DNA from: Octopus vulgaris
Taxonomy: Eukaryota
Direction of reading: 5' to 3'
Assembly: GCA_951406725.2 (NCBI GenBank)
Contig: OX597823.1
Span: forward strand, 110,856,001-110,920,000
DNA length: 64,000 nt
A program made the position numbers and the translations under genes. This document shows, piece after piece, positions 13,459 through 26,848 of the stretch. The notes beneath the pieces are model-generated. The model was not told where the DNA came from and did not search any database. It saw only the letters and a list, made by a program, of their open reading frames with translations. Every line of letters starts with the position of its first letter. The first letter of the stretch is position 1.

Positions 13459-15094
13459 TAAATATATATATATGTATATATTCACACACACATACACACA
13501 CACATATATGTATGCATATATTCATGTCTGTATGTACGTATGCATATGTGCTTGTATGTTCATGTCTATGTGTATATGTATGCATTCGTTTGAGCGAGAT
13601 TATGGTTGGTATTTGGTTTTATATTAAAAATCATACACTAAAGATGAATAATCATATTTCCAACGCAGAAACAGACCTTTTTTTTATCAGAATTTAGATA
13701 TATCTTTATCGGTCTTATCTGCTTATGTGTATGTGTGTGCACATGTGTTGGCAGACTTCTATGTTTTTATACCCATGTATGTGCATGTGTACTTAATACA
13801 AGCTAAAATTTTGGAACATTTTGCATGCTTTCATAGTTCCATCAATTGCTTGCTGTTACCCCCTTTATCGATGAACTTTGAAGAATACATGAGTTGCTTG
13901 CGTGAAATCAGAGACACCAACTTGGCACGGCATCTTCGGAGATGACCTGGACTTTTATGCATAAAATAAATACTCTATGAAGGACCGCCTTGTCATAGTT
14001 ACGCAATTTTCAATCGCATTTAGCAAAGATTAAATTTTCAGCATCAAGGAAAGCAAAAATCAAGCTTAGTTATACCTCTATCAATGTTCTGACTATTTCT
14101 CCTATATCTAATGAGGGAGGAGATATCTATGGAATGAGTAAAAGTATTTCTGATGATGTCATTTGCAACAAGGATCACGTAACCAAAGAATATTATTCTC
14201 AGATACAGAATAAAAGCCGGCATGGCCAAAGCCTCTGACTGAAACAAGTAATGCCACCCCAACTCCGATCTGTTTGCTGTACTAGTATTCATACCAATAT
14301 TTCTGCTACACCATACGACGCTAGATACAATCCAAGGCATTAATGCTTAAACTACAAAAACAGTTAAGCAATCCCAGAATTTTCCCCATCAATGGTGGTA
14401 TAGACTACCTGTATCTAAGTCAAACAAAAGGACGGAGATAATTGGTATCAATTGAAACAGCTGGTGAATGTCCATCGTATCCATAGTATAATAGCATGTA
14501 CTAATCACAAGTTAGTAATGTTCCTAAAAAAAATCGAATTTGCATACCCGAAGCAAATAACATCCCTGAGAGTTAGGAAGGAGCAGCTCGGAAATTGTTC
14601 CCTGAAAGTCCTACCACAGCAGAACAACACGCAACAACATTCTACTAACCAGCAGATCATGAAGGGTCAAGAGCTGTCAGTGTAGCAGCGTGTCAAAGTA
14701 GTATGTCTTGGACAAAATGGAAACATTTTAGACTTCATTTTGAAGAGTATATTTGGCCGAGTTAACTGAAACAGCGTGAAATGAAGTGTCTAGCTCAAAG
14801 AGATAACAAGCAGTCTGGATCCCAAATTGAACTCCCCATTTTTCACTGGTAAAACCGATACCCTTACATCTAGATCAACTGCCTTCACGTGCACACTTAC
14901 CCACACACTTGTATATAAAACAAACTTGACACGCTTCTAGCATATGAATCTTTTGAACTATTTAATGATTTGGGTGATAAAAGAAACCAAAAGCAATACG
15001 TGTGTGCCTGTATGTATGTATTTGTGTATGTATGTATGTATGTGTGTGTGTGTATGTATACATACATATACATTTTCCTTCCGGTCTTTCAAAA

Positions 15095-15290
15095 TGTGAC
15101 CTCGTGTGTACCGTTGGCGATTTTTTTTTCCTCTGTCTTCCCTTCTCTGGATCTTTCCTTCTCCTATGTTTCCGACGAAGAGCTCCGCTCGAAACGTTAA
15201 ACCCTCCTTCTTTCCTGAGAGTCCAATAATACTATATTTGTTCCACGTCCTCGCATTGTTGTGTTTTTTTTTGTGCTTTCTTGTTTGGAT

Positions 15291-15297
<7 letters not shown>
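15095..15297 (+). mobile_element. Family H1 element with minimal hammerhead variant (15168-15202)
   Basis: GTTT-CCGACGA-A-GAGCTCCGCTC-GAAACGTT-AAAC; ends at (TA)n. Confidence 0.75.
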
Positions 15298-15344
<47 letters not shown>

Positions 15345-16551
15345 AACATACGTTTGTGTGTGTATACGTGTGTATCTATGTATATGCATTCATTTAATTA
15401 TCCATATACAAGTCATAGCAACGCATACACACGTGAATTGTCTTTTGTTTCATTTTCCTGTTGCATAATTTAGTTTCTTTGAATTGTTTTATAATTAAAA
15501 AAATAAAACAACCATTTTTATAATCCCCTACTCCTCCTCTTTCGCTCCTCTATGTCTCCCAACATCCAACACCATAACAGCTCTGTGAAAAACGACAACC
15601 TTATCGAACCCCAACAGCCATCCTCACTTCTTTCTACCCATCCATCCATTTGCTGAGCTATCAACCCACCTTATTATGCTTGCACAGAATTTATTATTAT
15701 ATCAATTAATTATTTAATTAATTTACGACTCTAAGGATACTTCATTAGCACTACTAGAACAATAACAACAACATCAATATTAAAACAATTTTTAAAATAT
15801 TTTTTTTAAAAATGTAGAAATGAAGAAAAACAAATTAGACGAAATAAGATATAAAAAACAAATTCACAGCAATAAAGAAATACGTTAACCAGCGAACAAG
15901 CATTAGCGTTTATTTTAGTTTATTAAGTGTCAATACTCAAAGCTACATTAATTAGCTCAATATCTCTCTTGTTCTGCACATTTAAATGTTACATCAGCTC
16001 GTCGATCACTTCAGTTCTCGAGCAGCTTGTGGTTGTGAATGATGTTGTTATTGTTGTAGATATTCTTTTTATTTGTTACTTTTGTTCTTATTTGTGGTAG
16101 TGTTTTTAGTTGTTGTTTTTGGAGTTGTAGCTCTTTTCTTTCTTTTATTTTTATTTTTGTTAGTTTCGAATTTGCCGTTGATATTGTTGTTGTTGCTCCC
16201 ATTATTTTTGCTCTGGCTATTGCTGTTGTTATTGTTGTTGTCTTCGTTGTTGTTGTTGTTTACATTTCTGTTTTCGTTGCTGTTATGGCCGTTGAATTTG
16301 CTATTGTTTTCGTGACATCGTAATTATTGTTATTGCTGTTTTGCTGCCATTGTTGACTTTGTTGACATTGTTGTTGTTGTTGCTGTTTAACCCCGGGTTA
16401 AATATAATCTATCACCTTTAATCAAAGCCATTCCAATTATGACCATCTAGTTTTTTAAGTGTATCTAGGCCTACACTATATAACGTATCTCCAATTTTTC
16501 TTAAAGACAGTAGTATAAAGAAAGGAGAGTTAACCGCTATTTCTGGCAAAA

Positions 16552-16940
16552 TGTAGGAGTGGCTGTGTGGTAAGTAGCTTGCTCACCAACCACATGGTTC
16601 CGGATTCAGTCCCACTGCGTGGCACCTTGGGCAAGTGTCTTCTACTATAGCCTCGGGCCGACTAAAGTCTTGTGAATGGATTTAGTAGACGGAAATTGAA
16701 AGAAGCCCGTCGTATATATGTATGTTTGTGTGTATATGTTTGTGTGTCTGGGTTTGTCCCCTCAATATCGCTTGACAACCGATACTGGTGTACTTATGTC
16801 CCCGTAACCCAGCGGTTCGGCAAAAGAGACCGATAGAATAAGTACTAGGCTTACAAAGAATAATTCCTGGGGTTCGATTTGCTCGACTAAAGGCGGTGCT
16901 CCAGCATGGCCATAGTTAAATGACTGAAACAAGTGAGAAA
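16552..16940 (+). mobile_element. SINE family B, full length
   Basis: A box TGGCTGTGTGG, B box GATTCAGTCCC, core CCTTGGGCAAGTGTCTTCTACTATAGCCTCGGGCC. Confidence 0.92.
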
Positions 16941-17367
16941 AACTGTAAAGGGCTCCTTCAGTGGCTCATTACTGTTGACTGTGGGACTGCATTATCACTT
17001 TTCGTTGCTATTATTGCGCTCCATACTGCATCTCTTGCTTTCCTTGTGTTGGGTATGGGTATTGGTGATGCTGTTTCCCCTTTCCGAATATTTCAACCTC
17101 AAACGTAACTTCTTGGATTTTAGGGTTAATGCTATACGTTACGTACGTCTGTGTGTATATAAGTGTGCTGAATTTCTGAACATATATCTGTCATACGTTA
17201 TGTATGTGTTTGTGTATGTGTGTTCATGTATATATTCACACACACACACACACACATTTATATACATATGCAAAATTTTTGTCTCAGCATTAATTTAATG
17301 TGTGTGTGACGTATAGATATATGTACGTATATATAAGCATATTTATGCGGGTGTTTATGTATGTACG

Positions 17368-17422
<55 letters not shown>

Positions 17423-18274
17423 ATACATTCGAACACAAACACGCATACATACATACATACATGCATGTATATATATATATATATATATATACATGCATGC
17501 ATATATATACCTATATATATATATACATACACACACACATATATATATATATGCTTTATTTGTACACAATGCTGACATTAAAATTTCATTCAAGTTAAAG
17601 GTTTTTTTTTAGATTAAATTTTCAATTTTCTTTCTTGCTTATCTTTTCAAAACTGACGCATTCAGCTTTGCCAAACACACACACACAAAAAAAAAAATAG
17701 TAAGTAACAATAAAAATGGAAATAACGAAATAAACAGAAAGTACTCATAAAAAAAAACATTATTAAAAATACAAATACAAAAAGGACAATCGCAAGTGAA
17801 ATTTAAATAAACAAAAAAAAAAAAATAGAGATCTGACATTTTCTTTCTCTATCTAAAGATGAAATTTATTACGTGACAGAAAAAAAAGAACGGGATATAA
17901 AATTAGCATAAAAATTTTATAACGAATAAAAATGAAAATTAAAAAAATTATATATATATATATTCTCTCTAAAATTAGAAAAACCATGAGGGAAAGATTA
18001 AATATAAATATTCTAAAAGATATAACGATAATGATGATGATGATGGTGATGATGATAGTAATAATAATCGAAATAAAAAAAATAACAACAATGATATTAC
18101 CAACAACAATAGCAACAATAATAACAATATGTTGCTATAAAAATAGGCTACTTTGTCAATTATATTTTGGTTTCTATCTCGTGAAAGAATCTATTTTGTT
18201 GCAGAACTTTTAAATGCATCAAAATACAAGGATTGAAAATTTACTAAGTATTTATTTATTCATTCATTCATTCA

Positions 18275-18282
18275 TTCTTCTT

Positions 18283-18375
<93 letters not shown>

Positions 18376-18378
18376 ATT

Positions 18379-18409
<31 letters not shown>

Positions 18410-18410
18410 A

Positions 18411-18443
<33 letters not shown>

Positions 18444-18497
18444 CATCATCATCATCACCACCACCCACCACCTTCATCATCATCATCATCATCATCA

Positions 18498-18533
<36 letters not shown>

Positions 18534-18535
18534 GT

Positions 18536-18577
<42 letters not shown>

Positions 18578-18680
18578 ATTATTATTATTATTATTATTAT
18601 TATTATCATCATCATCATCACAACCACCCACCACCTTCATCATCATCATCATCATCATCATCATTATTATTATTATTATT
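18275..18680 (+). repeat. (CTT)n/(ATT)n/(CAT)n compound microsatellite with ~160-bp duplication
   Basis: Marker CCACCCACCACCTTCATCAT occurs near 18460 and near 18625. Confidence 0.9.
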
Positions 18681-18681
18681 A

Positions 18682-19055
18682 AAGTGCGAACTGGCAGAAA
18701 CATTAGCACGCCGTATTTCGTCTGCCGTTACGTTCTGAGTTCAAATTCCGCCGAGGTCGACTTTGCCTTTCATCCTTTCGGGGTCGATTAAATAAGTACC
18801 AGTTACGCACTGGGGTCGATATAATCGACTTAATCCGTTTGTCTGTCCTTGTCTGTCAACTACCCTTGTGGGTAGTAAAGAAATAGGTATTTTGTCCATC
18901 TTCATCTTCTAAATGCAAATTCCACCGAGGTAAGCTTTGCCGTTCATCCTTTCGGGGTCGATTAAATAAGTACCAGTCAAGTACTGGGCTCGATGTAATC
19001 GACTCACCCCTCTCCCAAATTTCAGGGCCTCGTGCCTATAGTAGAAATTATTATT
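18682..19055 (+). mobile_element. SINE family A tandem (full unit plus second headless unit)
   Basis: Junction AAAGAAATAG|GTATTTTGTC near 18887. Confidence 0.85.
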
Positions 19056-19599
19056 ATTTTTGGAGAGTCGGAAAAATGCCTTGTGGTATTTGTTTCAGCT
19101 CTTTAAGTCCTGAGTTCAAATTTTTCTGTCGTAAAGAATTCAAGTTAACCCACCCCACCTCCATTTCAAGTTACCTCTCGATAATCTGAAACTTTGCATC
19201 GGTCACGGTACCCCCCTCTATGATTTCACGGAAATGCTAAGTTCTAATGCTTACAAATCATGATACATTTACATATGCAACATTGAAGCTAATACTAAGA
19301 ATTGAAAAAAATAAAATACTGAATCAGATTTTTAAACATTCTTTAACCTTTTTATGAAACCTTTTAAGAACACTTTTTAGAGATTCTAAGTTTGCAATTT
19401 TTTAAAGGAAAAATATTTTATTCCTTTTTAATGAGAAACTGGTTCGGATTAGAGGATTTACGACCGCAATACATTTTTTCCCCATAAATTTATGCCGTTT
19501 ATGTATTTGAAGTGTATAAATATATATTTTGTTTATGCGAACGAAATACATTTACATGCAAGACAAAATATCTTACTACACTTTAAATGCGAACAAATA

Positions 19600-19890
19600 T
19601 TTAATATACAAAACAAAATAAATCAATACCCTTTATATGTGTCAGTTTTTCTCAACTGCTTACCTAAAGAAATCAGAAATATAAAAGAAACCTCTAGTGA
19701 GTCATTAAAAAATACATTCGATAAAGTCCTAATGGCAAAACCGAACTCAGGGAAGATTAGCTGCTACTAACTCAATCATAGACTAACTTATTGCAATTAA
19801 GTTACAATAAAACTGATAGAAGATAAGTTAATGCGGTACTTCAGTATGGCCACAGTTTTTCGACTGAAAGCATTAAAAGAATTAAAGAAG
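19600..19890 (+). mobile_element. CR1/L2-group LINE 3' end sharing its tail with SINE B
   Basis: Peptide FLNCLPKEIRNIKE...LKNTFDKVL resembles the LFN.LP.EIRN...FK..LDK.L C-terminus; tail GCGGTACTTCAGTATGGCCACAGT resembles SINE B GCGGTGCTCCAGCATGGCCACAGT. Confidence 0.7.
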
Positions 19891-19932
19891 AATTATTGGA
19901 AGTTATAATAATTATTCATTACATAAAACATA

Positions 19933-20337
19933 CTTACTCTTTACTCTTTATTCTTTTCCTGGTTTCAGTCATTTGACTGTGGCCATGCTGGAGCACCGCC
20001 TTTAGTCGAGCAAATCCACCCCAGGACTTATTCTTTGTAAGCCTAGTACTTATTCTATCGGTCTCTTTTGCCGAACCGCTAAGTTACGGGGACGTAAACA
20101 CACCAGCATCGGTTGTCAAGCGACGTTGAGGGGACAAACACAGACACACAAACATACATATATACATATATACGACGGGCTTCTTTCAGTTTCCGTCTAC
20201 CAAATCCACTCACTAGGCTTTGGTCGGCCCGAGGATATATTAGAAGACACTTGCCCGAGGTGCCGCGCAGTGGGACTGAATTCGGAATCATGTGGTTGGT
20301 GAGCAAGCTACTCACCACACAGCCACTCCTACGCCTA
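19933..20337 (-). mobile_element. SINE family B, full length
   Basis: Near-identical to other B copies. Confidence 0.92.
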
Positions 20338-20659
20338 TATAATAACTTATATAATAATTCTTTTATATGTCACTAGGACGATGGACGTTTGGGGAAGGAT
20401 ATGAGTCAGACAATTTGTAACTATAGGAGACAGGATGAAGTCAATTTCAACTCATTCTAAAGTAATTTGAAATTGATTCCATCCTTCTGCCAATAATCTG
20501 AACACAATTCAAGTCACCAAGACGTAAGTTCGATCGGAAATAATCTGAAATTGCGACATCGGGATTAACTTTGTCTTTCAACTTTCTAGGGTCGTAAAAA
20601 CAAAGGATCTACCAAGTACTATAGTCATATTCTGGTGAACTTGTCCCTTATCCGATAAA

Positions 20660-20836
20660 TTTGCTTAGTGGCATTTCGTCCGTCTTTATGTTCTGAATTC
20701 AAATTCCGCCGTGGTCGACTTTGCTTTTCATCCTTTTGAGGTGTCAATAAATTAAGTACCAGCAAAACACAACGGTCGATGTAATCGAATAGTCCCCTCG
20801 CCCAACATTTCAGGCCTTGTGCCTTTGGTAGAAATT
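20660..20836 (+). mobile_element. SINE family A (alternative tail), 5'-truncated
   Basis: GAATTCAAATTCCGCC...GTAGAAATTATT. Confidence 0.8.
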
Positions 20837-20867
20837 ATTGGTATTATTATTATTATTGTTATTATTG

Positions 20868-20940
<73 letters not shown>

Positions 20941-20962
20941 CATTATTATTATTATTATTATT

Positions 20963-21239
20963 GAGTAAGAGAGCAGTGCATGCCATCAAGGTGACACTGG
21001 GGTTTTACAAAGCTCAATATACCCATCATGACTACCCGTCAGATAATGGTACACTAGGCACATACATCACAACCATACATGTGCGATATGGAGATCTCAT
21101 TAAGATAAACAGCACATGACCTTGCAGGTGCGGCCCAGTTATAATTTTCTTCAGGTTGAGTAGCCCATCCCGCTCAAATGGTCCTTGAATAAAGGTTGTT
21201 TAAGGATGTTGAACGAAACACTCTTGTTTCCAGAGGTGA
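20963..21239 (-). mobile_element. Family E element, 5'-truncated, embedded in (ATT)n
   Basis: Reverse complement of the 3' half of 30729-31279; (ATT)n on both sides. Confidence 0.85.
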
Positions 21240-21306
<67 letters not shown>

Positions 21307-21319
21307 GTTATTATTATTA

Positions 21320-22155
21320 TAGTTTTCATTTTACTAGATATCATAGAAAATGTTAGCTGTCCCACAGCAAGCAGACTAATAAGGTGACACTTGTTTACTG
21401 GTCAAACTTCAAAAACCTTAGGAAAAATTCTTGCAGTTCGAAGCAATGCTGAGTTTTATAGATTTTCTATCTTTCCATTGGCACCAGTCTTTTTCACCCA
21501 TGCTGGTAGTTGAGTGCTGATACTTCCAAGAGCACCAATTAAAACTGGTATCATTGACCGCAACCTTCGTATTTCCCACTCCAAACCATCGTAGTTGTTC
21601 AGTTTTTCTTTCTCTTTGATCCTGTTACCACCAGAATATGCTATGTCGATAATCATGCTAGGTCTTTCTTTTTTTATTCACCACAACAATGTTCGATTTC
21701 CGATGTCTGGTCGGGTGATCGCACTGAATCATTGCGTCCCACAGAATTTTGCAATTCTCATTCTCGTTGACTCTTCTGGAGATTGCTCAAACCACGCCTT
21801 TGCTCTTTGTAGGCTGTGGTTTCCACAGAGCTCCGAATGGATTATTCTTGCCACATTCTTATGCCGTCTTTTCTAATCGCATTGCGACAATTTCGGGCAT
21901 TCGTTAACGATCTGCCATACCATTTCACCCCTCTCACCACACATTCTGCATTTGTAGCTGTCCGTAGTGTTGTCAATTCTGCACTTCACACAGTTAGTCC
22001 TAAATGCTTGTTCTTGCGCTGCGCATATAAGTGCGTCTGTCATTATCCTCAGGTCACTCATCCGCATCCATAGCCACCGGTCTTCAGCATCTGTCTTGGC
22101 GTTCGTATCTCTTGCAAACCGACCGTACGTTTTTCTCATTCTGTGTAGCTTGTTT
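21320..22155 (-). mobile_element. Decayed R4/Dong-like non-LTR retrotransposon 3' region (CCHC knuckle + restriction-like endonuclease)
   Basis: Minus translation: ALICAAQEQAFRTN, CRMCGERGEMVWQIVNEC, KRRHKNVARIIH, KILWDAMIQCD, RKSNIVVV, IIDIA, KEKEK, IPVLIGALG, SALLRTARI; short 3'UTR then (AAT)n; stops and a frameshift. Confidence 0.88.
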
Positions 22156-22229
22156 CTTTGCGTGTGTGTGTATGTGTGTGTGCATCTGTTCTTTTTCTCT
22201 TTAAGATTTTCTTTCTTTACACAATGAAC

Positions 22230-22365
22230 GGTGTTAGAAAAGGCATCCAGCCGTCGAAACCTTGCAAAAGCAGGCATTGGAACCCGGTGCAGTCTTCTGA
22301 TTTGCGATCTTCTGTAGAAATGCTTAATTTATGCCAGCATGAAAAACGAATAATTGAAGATGACG
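22230..22365 (+). mobile_element. Family D (RTE-type 3' tail), diverged fragment
   Basis: GGTGTTAGAAAAGGCATCCAGCCGT...ATGCCAGCATGAAAAACG. Confidence 0.65.
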
Positions 22366-22422
22366 ATATAAGAATATTGTGCTTGCTTGTGTGTGTGTGT
22401 GTGTGTGTGTGTACATGCATAT

Positions 22423-22805
22423 GTGGAGGCGCAATGGCCCAGTGGTTAGGGCAGCAGACTCGCGGTCGTAGGATCGTGGTTTCGATTCCCAGACCGGGCG
22501 TTGTGAGTGTTTATTGAGCGAAAACACATAAAGAATCCACGAGGCTCCGGCAGGGGATGGTGGTGATCCCTGCTGTACTCTTTCACCACAACTTTCTCTC
22601 ACTCTTACTTCCTGTTTCTGTTGTACCTGTATTTCAAAGGGCCGGTCTTGTCACTCTCTGTGTCACGCTGAATATCCCCGAGAACTACGTTAAGGGTGCA
22701 CGTGTCTGTGGAGTGCTCAGCCACTTACACGTTAATTTTACGAGCAGGCTGTTCCGTTGATCAGATCAACCGGAACCCTCGTCGTCGTAACCGACGGAGT
22801 GCTTA
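22423..22805 (+). mobile_element. tRNA-derived SINE family C, full length
   Basis: Head GGCGCAATGGCCCAGTGGTTAGGGCAG..GTTTCGATTCC (A/B boxes) shared with the copies at 26118 and 53474. Confidence 0.88.
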
Positions 22806-22849
22806 AAAAGAACAAAAAAAAAAACATGCATATATACACATGACCAAGT

Positions 22850-23100
22850 GTTTAAGGCGTGGCACTCATGATCATAAGATAGTGATTTCAGTCCTAGGAC
22901 CGGGTGGTGCGTTATGTTTTTGAGAAAAACATTTCATCTCACGTTGATCGTGAGGTGGTTTCCACATCTGACGTGTGACACACCGTTGCACATATTCAGG
23001 CAACGTCGATTTCAAGGAGGGAGTGGCCTAATATATAACACATTTATTTGGTCACTATAAACAAATTATTTATGCAGTTTTGTCAGCAAGAAATTGCAGT
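22850..23100 (+). mobile_element. Diverged SINE C-related copy
   Basis: GCACTCATGATCATAAGATAGTG...TTTTGAGAAAAACATTTCAT resembles the 35437 head. Confidence 0.6.
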
Positions 23101-23244
23101 AAAGAATTTTCGGACTATGAGAGGCCACCATCACCACCAACCCCATCATCATCATCTGCTTAATTTTCACAGTTAAAAGTTTACAACTGTAGTTTAGCTA
23201 TTTAACCACACACACACACACACACACCACCACCACCACCACCA

Positions 23245-23298
<54 letters not shown>

Positions 23299-24193
23299 GT
23301 TCAAGAATTTGGACCTGGAGATCTCCATTTCCAGCCTCCCAGTGGTGTCGGGCGTCAACGAAGAGCCCTCGACTACAACAAGTCGACCAAAGTTTTTTTT
23401 ACCAAGGTCTGGGGTCTCCCGCCCCTAAGCCCTAGACCATCACCTAATCACCCTTATCCGTCCTGTTGCTTAACAACAACAACAACAACAACAACAACAA
23501 TCATCATCATTTGGCTCGTTTTTGAACAATTTTTAGTATTGGTAATTTTCCAAACTTTTGTTTACTTGTGTAACGATGAGGATGATATTGGGTGAGATAG
23601 ATGTAAAAAGAAAAGAAAAACGTTAGCCACAAGTGTAGTCGAAGCGCTTATGTCCCAAAGTTTTTTATAGAAAATTTTGCGAATAATTTTCCAAATATTA
23701 TTTTTTTAAATGAATAGAAAAAGTAATTATAGTTAAACAAACGAACAATTACAAATACTGACGCAGACATTATCGTTTTGGACATAGAGAGAAAACACAA
23801 GCAAATTTACATAACAAATAAACACAGATGTTAGTGATAGTCAAAAATTACACAATGAAAACAATGGCAATTAGATTTGTATTAATTTCAAAACACAAAT
23901 CAAAATTAAACACGCAGATACATCACGTAAAATATATCCTGAAATCGATCAAAAAATATATAGTTTTAAAACCTGTGTTTATGGTTTTATCATTTATAAA
24001 ATAATTTGCAAGTCTTAACGTTGTGTAATTTTAAAGCTGGTATATGAAAGTCGCAAAATAATTAGGACTAATAATAAGGCTTAGCAATGTTATCTTTCGA
24101 TGCTGAAGATAAAGGTCATATAAGGAAATATGGAAAATATGTAACAAAAAAAGAAAAAAACTGAGCTCAGCAGAGTCGTTTAGTATAACTGAT

Positions 24194-24612
24194 ACTCTCT
24201 CTTTACTCTTTTACTCTTTTACTTGTTTCAGTCATTTGACTGCGGCCATGCTGGAGCACCGCCTTTAGTCGAGTAAATCGACCCCGGGACTTATTCTTTG
24301 TAAGCCCAGTACTTATTCTATCGGTCTCTTTTGCCGAACCGCTAAGTAACGGGGACGTAAACACACCAGCATCGGTTGTCAAGCAATGCTAGGGGGACAA
24401 ACACAGACACACAAACACACACACATACATATATATATACATATATACGACAGGCTTCTTTCAGTTTCCGTCTACCAAATCCACTCACAAGGCATTGGTC
24501 GGCCCGGGGCTATAGCAGAAGACACTTGCCCAAGATGCCACGCAGTGGGACTGAACCCGGAACCATGTGGTTGGTTAGCAAGCTACTTACCACACAGCCA
24601 CTCCTGCGCCTA
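24194..24612 (-). mobile_element. SINE family B, full length
   Basis: Near-identical to other B copies; (TACTCTTT)n tail. Confidence 0.92.
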
Positions 24613-24663
24613 TGGTTCAGTCTGATATTAAAAGTACCATCTGTTTCACCAACATATACATTC

Positions 24664-24880
24664 GAGGCTTTCTTCCAAGGAATCTAATGCGCTTGGCTTA
24701 GATTTTCCTTTGGGGCTGGCCAGATCGGAGCAATCTCAAGATTAATCAGCCGAAATTGCGAAGATGATCCGGTTCTTGACTGAAGATTGAAGGCTTCGAA
24801 TGTCCCGTCCGTGTTTTTTTGTATCGTCTTCTAAATGTTTTGCGTTCCTGTCCCAGTTTGTATTTTTTTACATATACATA
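24664..24880 (+). mobile_element. Unclassified, probably repeat-derived segment ending in (TA)n
   Basis: CpG-retaining segment running into (TA)n, laid out like families H1/H2; single copy in window. Confidence 0.35.
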
Positions 24881-24907
24881 TATATATATATATATATATA
24901 GAAAGAG

Positions 24908-25002
<95 letters not shown>

Positions 25003-25003
<1 letters not shown>

Positions 25004-25223
25004 TGGCAGAAACGTTAGCACGCCGGGCAAAATGCTTAGCAGTATTTCGTCTGCCGCTACGTTCTGAGTTCAAATTCCGCCGAGGTCGACTTTGCCTTTC
25101 ATCCTTTCGGGGTCGATAAATTAAGTACCAGTTATGCACTAGGGTCGATGTAATCGACTTAATCCCTTTGTCTGTCCTTGTTTGTCCCTTCTATGTTTAG
25201 CCCCTTGTGGGCAATAAAGAAAT

Positions 25224-25227
<4 letters not shown>
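25003..25227 (+). mobile_element. SINE family A inserted in (GATA)n
   Basis: Family A sequence with (GATA)n on both sides. Confidence 0.9.
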
Positions 25228-25305
<78 letters not shown>

Positions 25306-25724
25306 TCTCAGTCTGCATGTTTGTATATGATAATAAATCCTGATTGGATGAATTTTTTCTCGCGTAAGCGATGCTTCCCAAATTACTTTTTAGTCTGTCT
25401 CTCTTCTCTTCACCTGTTTCTAGAAATCGCTTGCTTGCATTTACCTATAGTTACAATTGCCATTAGATTCCTTATGGTTTTAATGAACAAACTTGTATGG
25501 AGGTGATTGTATGTACGTTTGGGTGTTTCTGTGCAAAAGTGAGCATGTATGTTTCGTGCGTATTTATATGAAAATGAGGCTGACAAATATTTCCTTAATG
25601 TTCATAGGTCCTTGAAAACTCGAGAATACTGCATTTACATTAAATTTATTATTTTATTTATTTTTTAAATTCCAAATATATTGGGACAAAAATTTGTACT
25701 GCTTTAGCAAGAATATGAAAGGTG

Positions 25725-26040
25725 TATTCGATAAACTGTTCATCTCATGAAATTCAATTAACTGACTGTTTGATGAAATTCGATGAAAAGACTAAAATTC
25801 CATCAAATGGCCGTTTGACGGAATTTAATGAACTTCACTCTTAATGAAATTTGAGCAGCTGCTTGTTTGATGAAAATCGATCAATTATCCGTTTGAAGGA
25901 ATTCGTTCAGCTGATTTTTTGATGAAATTTGAACAAATATCCGCTGCATAAAATTCGATCAACTGATCACTTGTGACATTTGATAAACTGACCAATGCCA
26001 CTCAGCTTTCCTGTTGAGGAAATTCGATCGACTGAGAATG
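25725..26040 (+). repeat. Degenerate ~25-bp tandem array (roughly TGATGAAATTCGATCAACTGNCCGTT)
   Basis: Recurrent GA(T/A)GAAATT(C/T)GA..AACTG at ~25-bp spacing, roughly 11-12 units. Confidence 0.75.
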
Positions 26041-26117
26041 CTCAAGTAACCTATATATTTTAGTTCTGCTCAATACAACTTCCTATTATGACTACGTGGG
26101 GGTTTAATATATTTTAT

Positions 26118-26417
26118 TATTCATTTATGCGCCCTTTTAAAGCCTCGCCAGGCTCGTGGTCCTGGTTTCCCGGTTTCTATGGCGTATGTGTTCCCACCAG
26201 CTGGTCTGGACGCCAGTGCATCGCAGCGTTACTCAAGAGACAGGAAGAAAGAGTGAGAGAAAGTTGGGGCAAAAGAGCACAACAGGGGTCATCACCACTC
26301 CCTGCCGAAACCTCGTGGAGCTTTAGGTGTTTTCGCTCAATGCCCGGTCTGGGGATCGAAACCACGATCCTCCGACCGCTAGTCCGCTGCCCTAACCACT
26401 GGGCCATTGCACCTCTA
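26118..26417 (-). mobile_element. SINE family C, chimeric (22423-type head and body, 35437-type tail)
   Basis: Head TGGCCCAGTGGTTAGGGCAGCGG; tail GGCTTTAAAAGGGCGCATAAAT. Confidence 0.85.
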
Positions 26418-26619
26418 CAATATATTTTAATTTATGTGAATTAAACATGGAATGCCCATCTCATTCACAGTTTAGTTCCGTTAGTCAACTATACTTGTTA
26501 TGACTTTTTTCAGAGGCAATTCCTTTGTTACTAGGTGAGCCAACATATATAGTGGCAGCTATCAGTTTTTTTTGTAGAAAGAAGAGAGAGGTAAGTGCCT
26601 AGTGGTGGTTGCTTGGTGT

Positions 26620-26848
26620 TTAGCCCTTTCGTTACCAACCCGGCTGATACTAGCTCTGGCCCTGTAGTACAAATGTCTTGTTTTTGTAAGTTTTTAATTA
26701 AAATCTTCCACTAAAGCTTAGTCATAATTAATATTCCTAACACTAGCTTCATGATAACTGAGCTATTTTACTAAATTCTTTGTTATATTTAAAATACTTG
26801 AGAGAAACACAGAGCATCTCAAAATAAATACAGTAATGAAAGGGTTAA
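26620..26848. mobile_element. piggyBac-type MITE
   Basis: TTAGCCCTTTCGTTAC ... GTAATGAAAGGGTTAA; second copy at 52348-52576. Confidence 0.8.

Noticed and set aside
22427-22500. tRNA gene-like sequence (also the heads of SINE A and B)
   Set aside because: No acceptor stem closure; runs directly into a multi-copy SINE body
24775-24812. CTGAAGA...GAATGTC hammerhead-like string
   Set aside because: No GAAA, stem II of only 3 bp, and no convincing stem I
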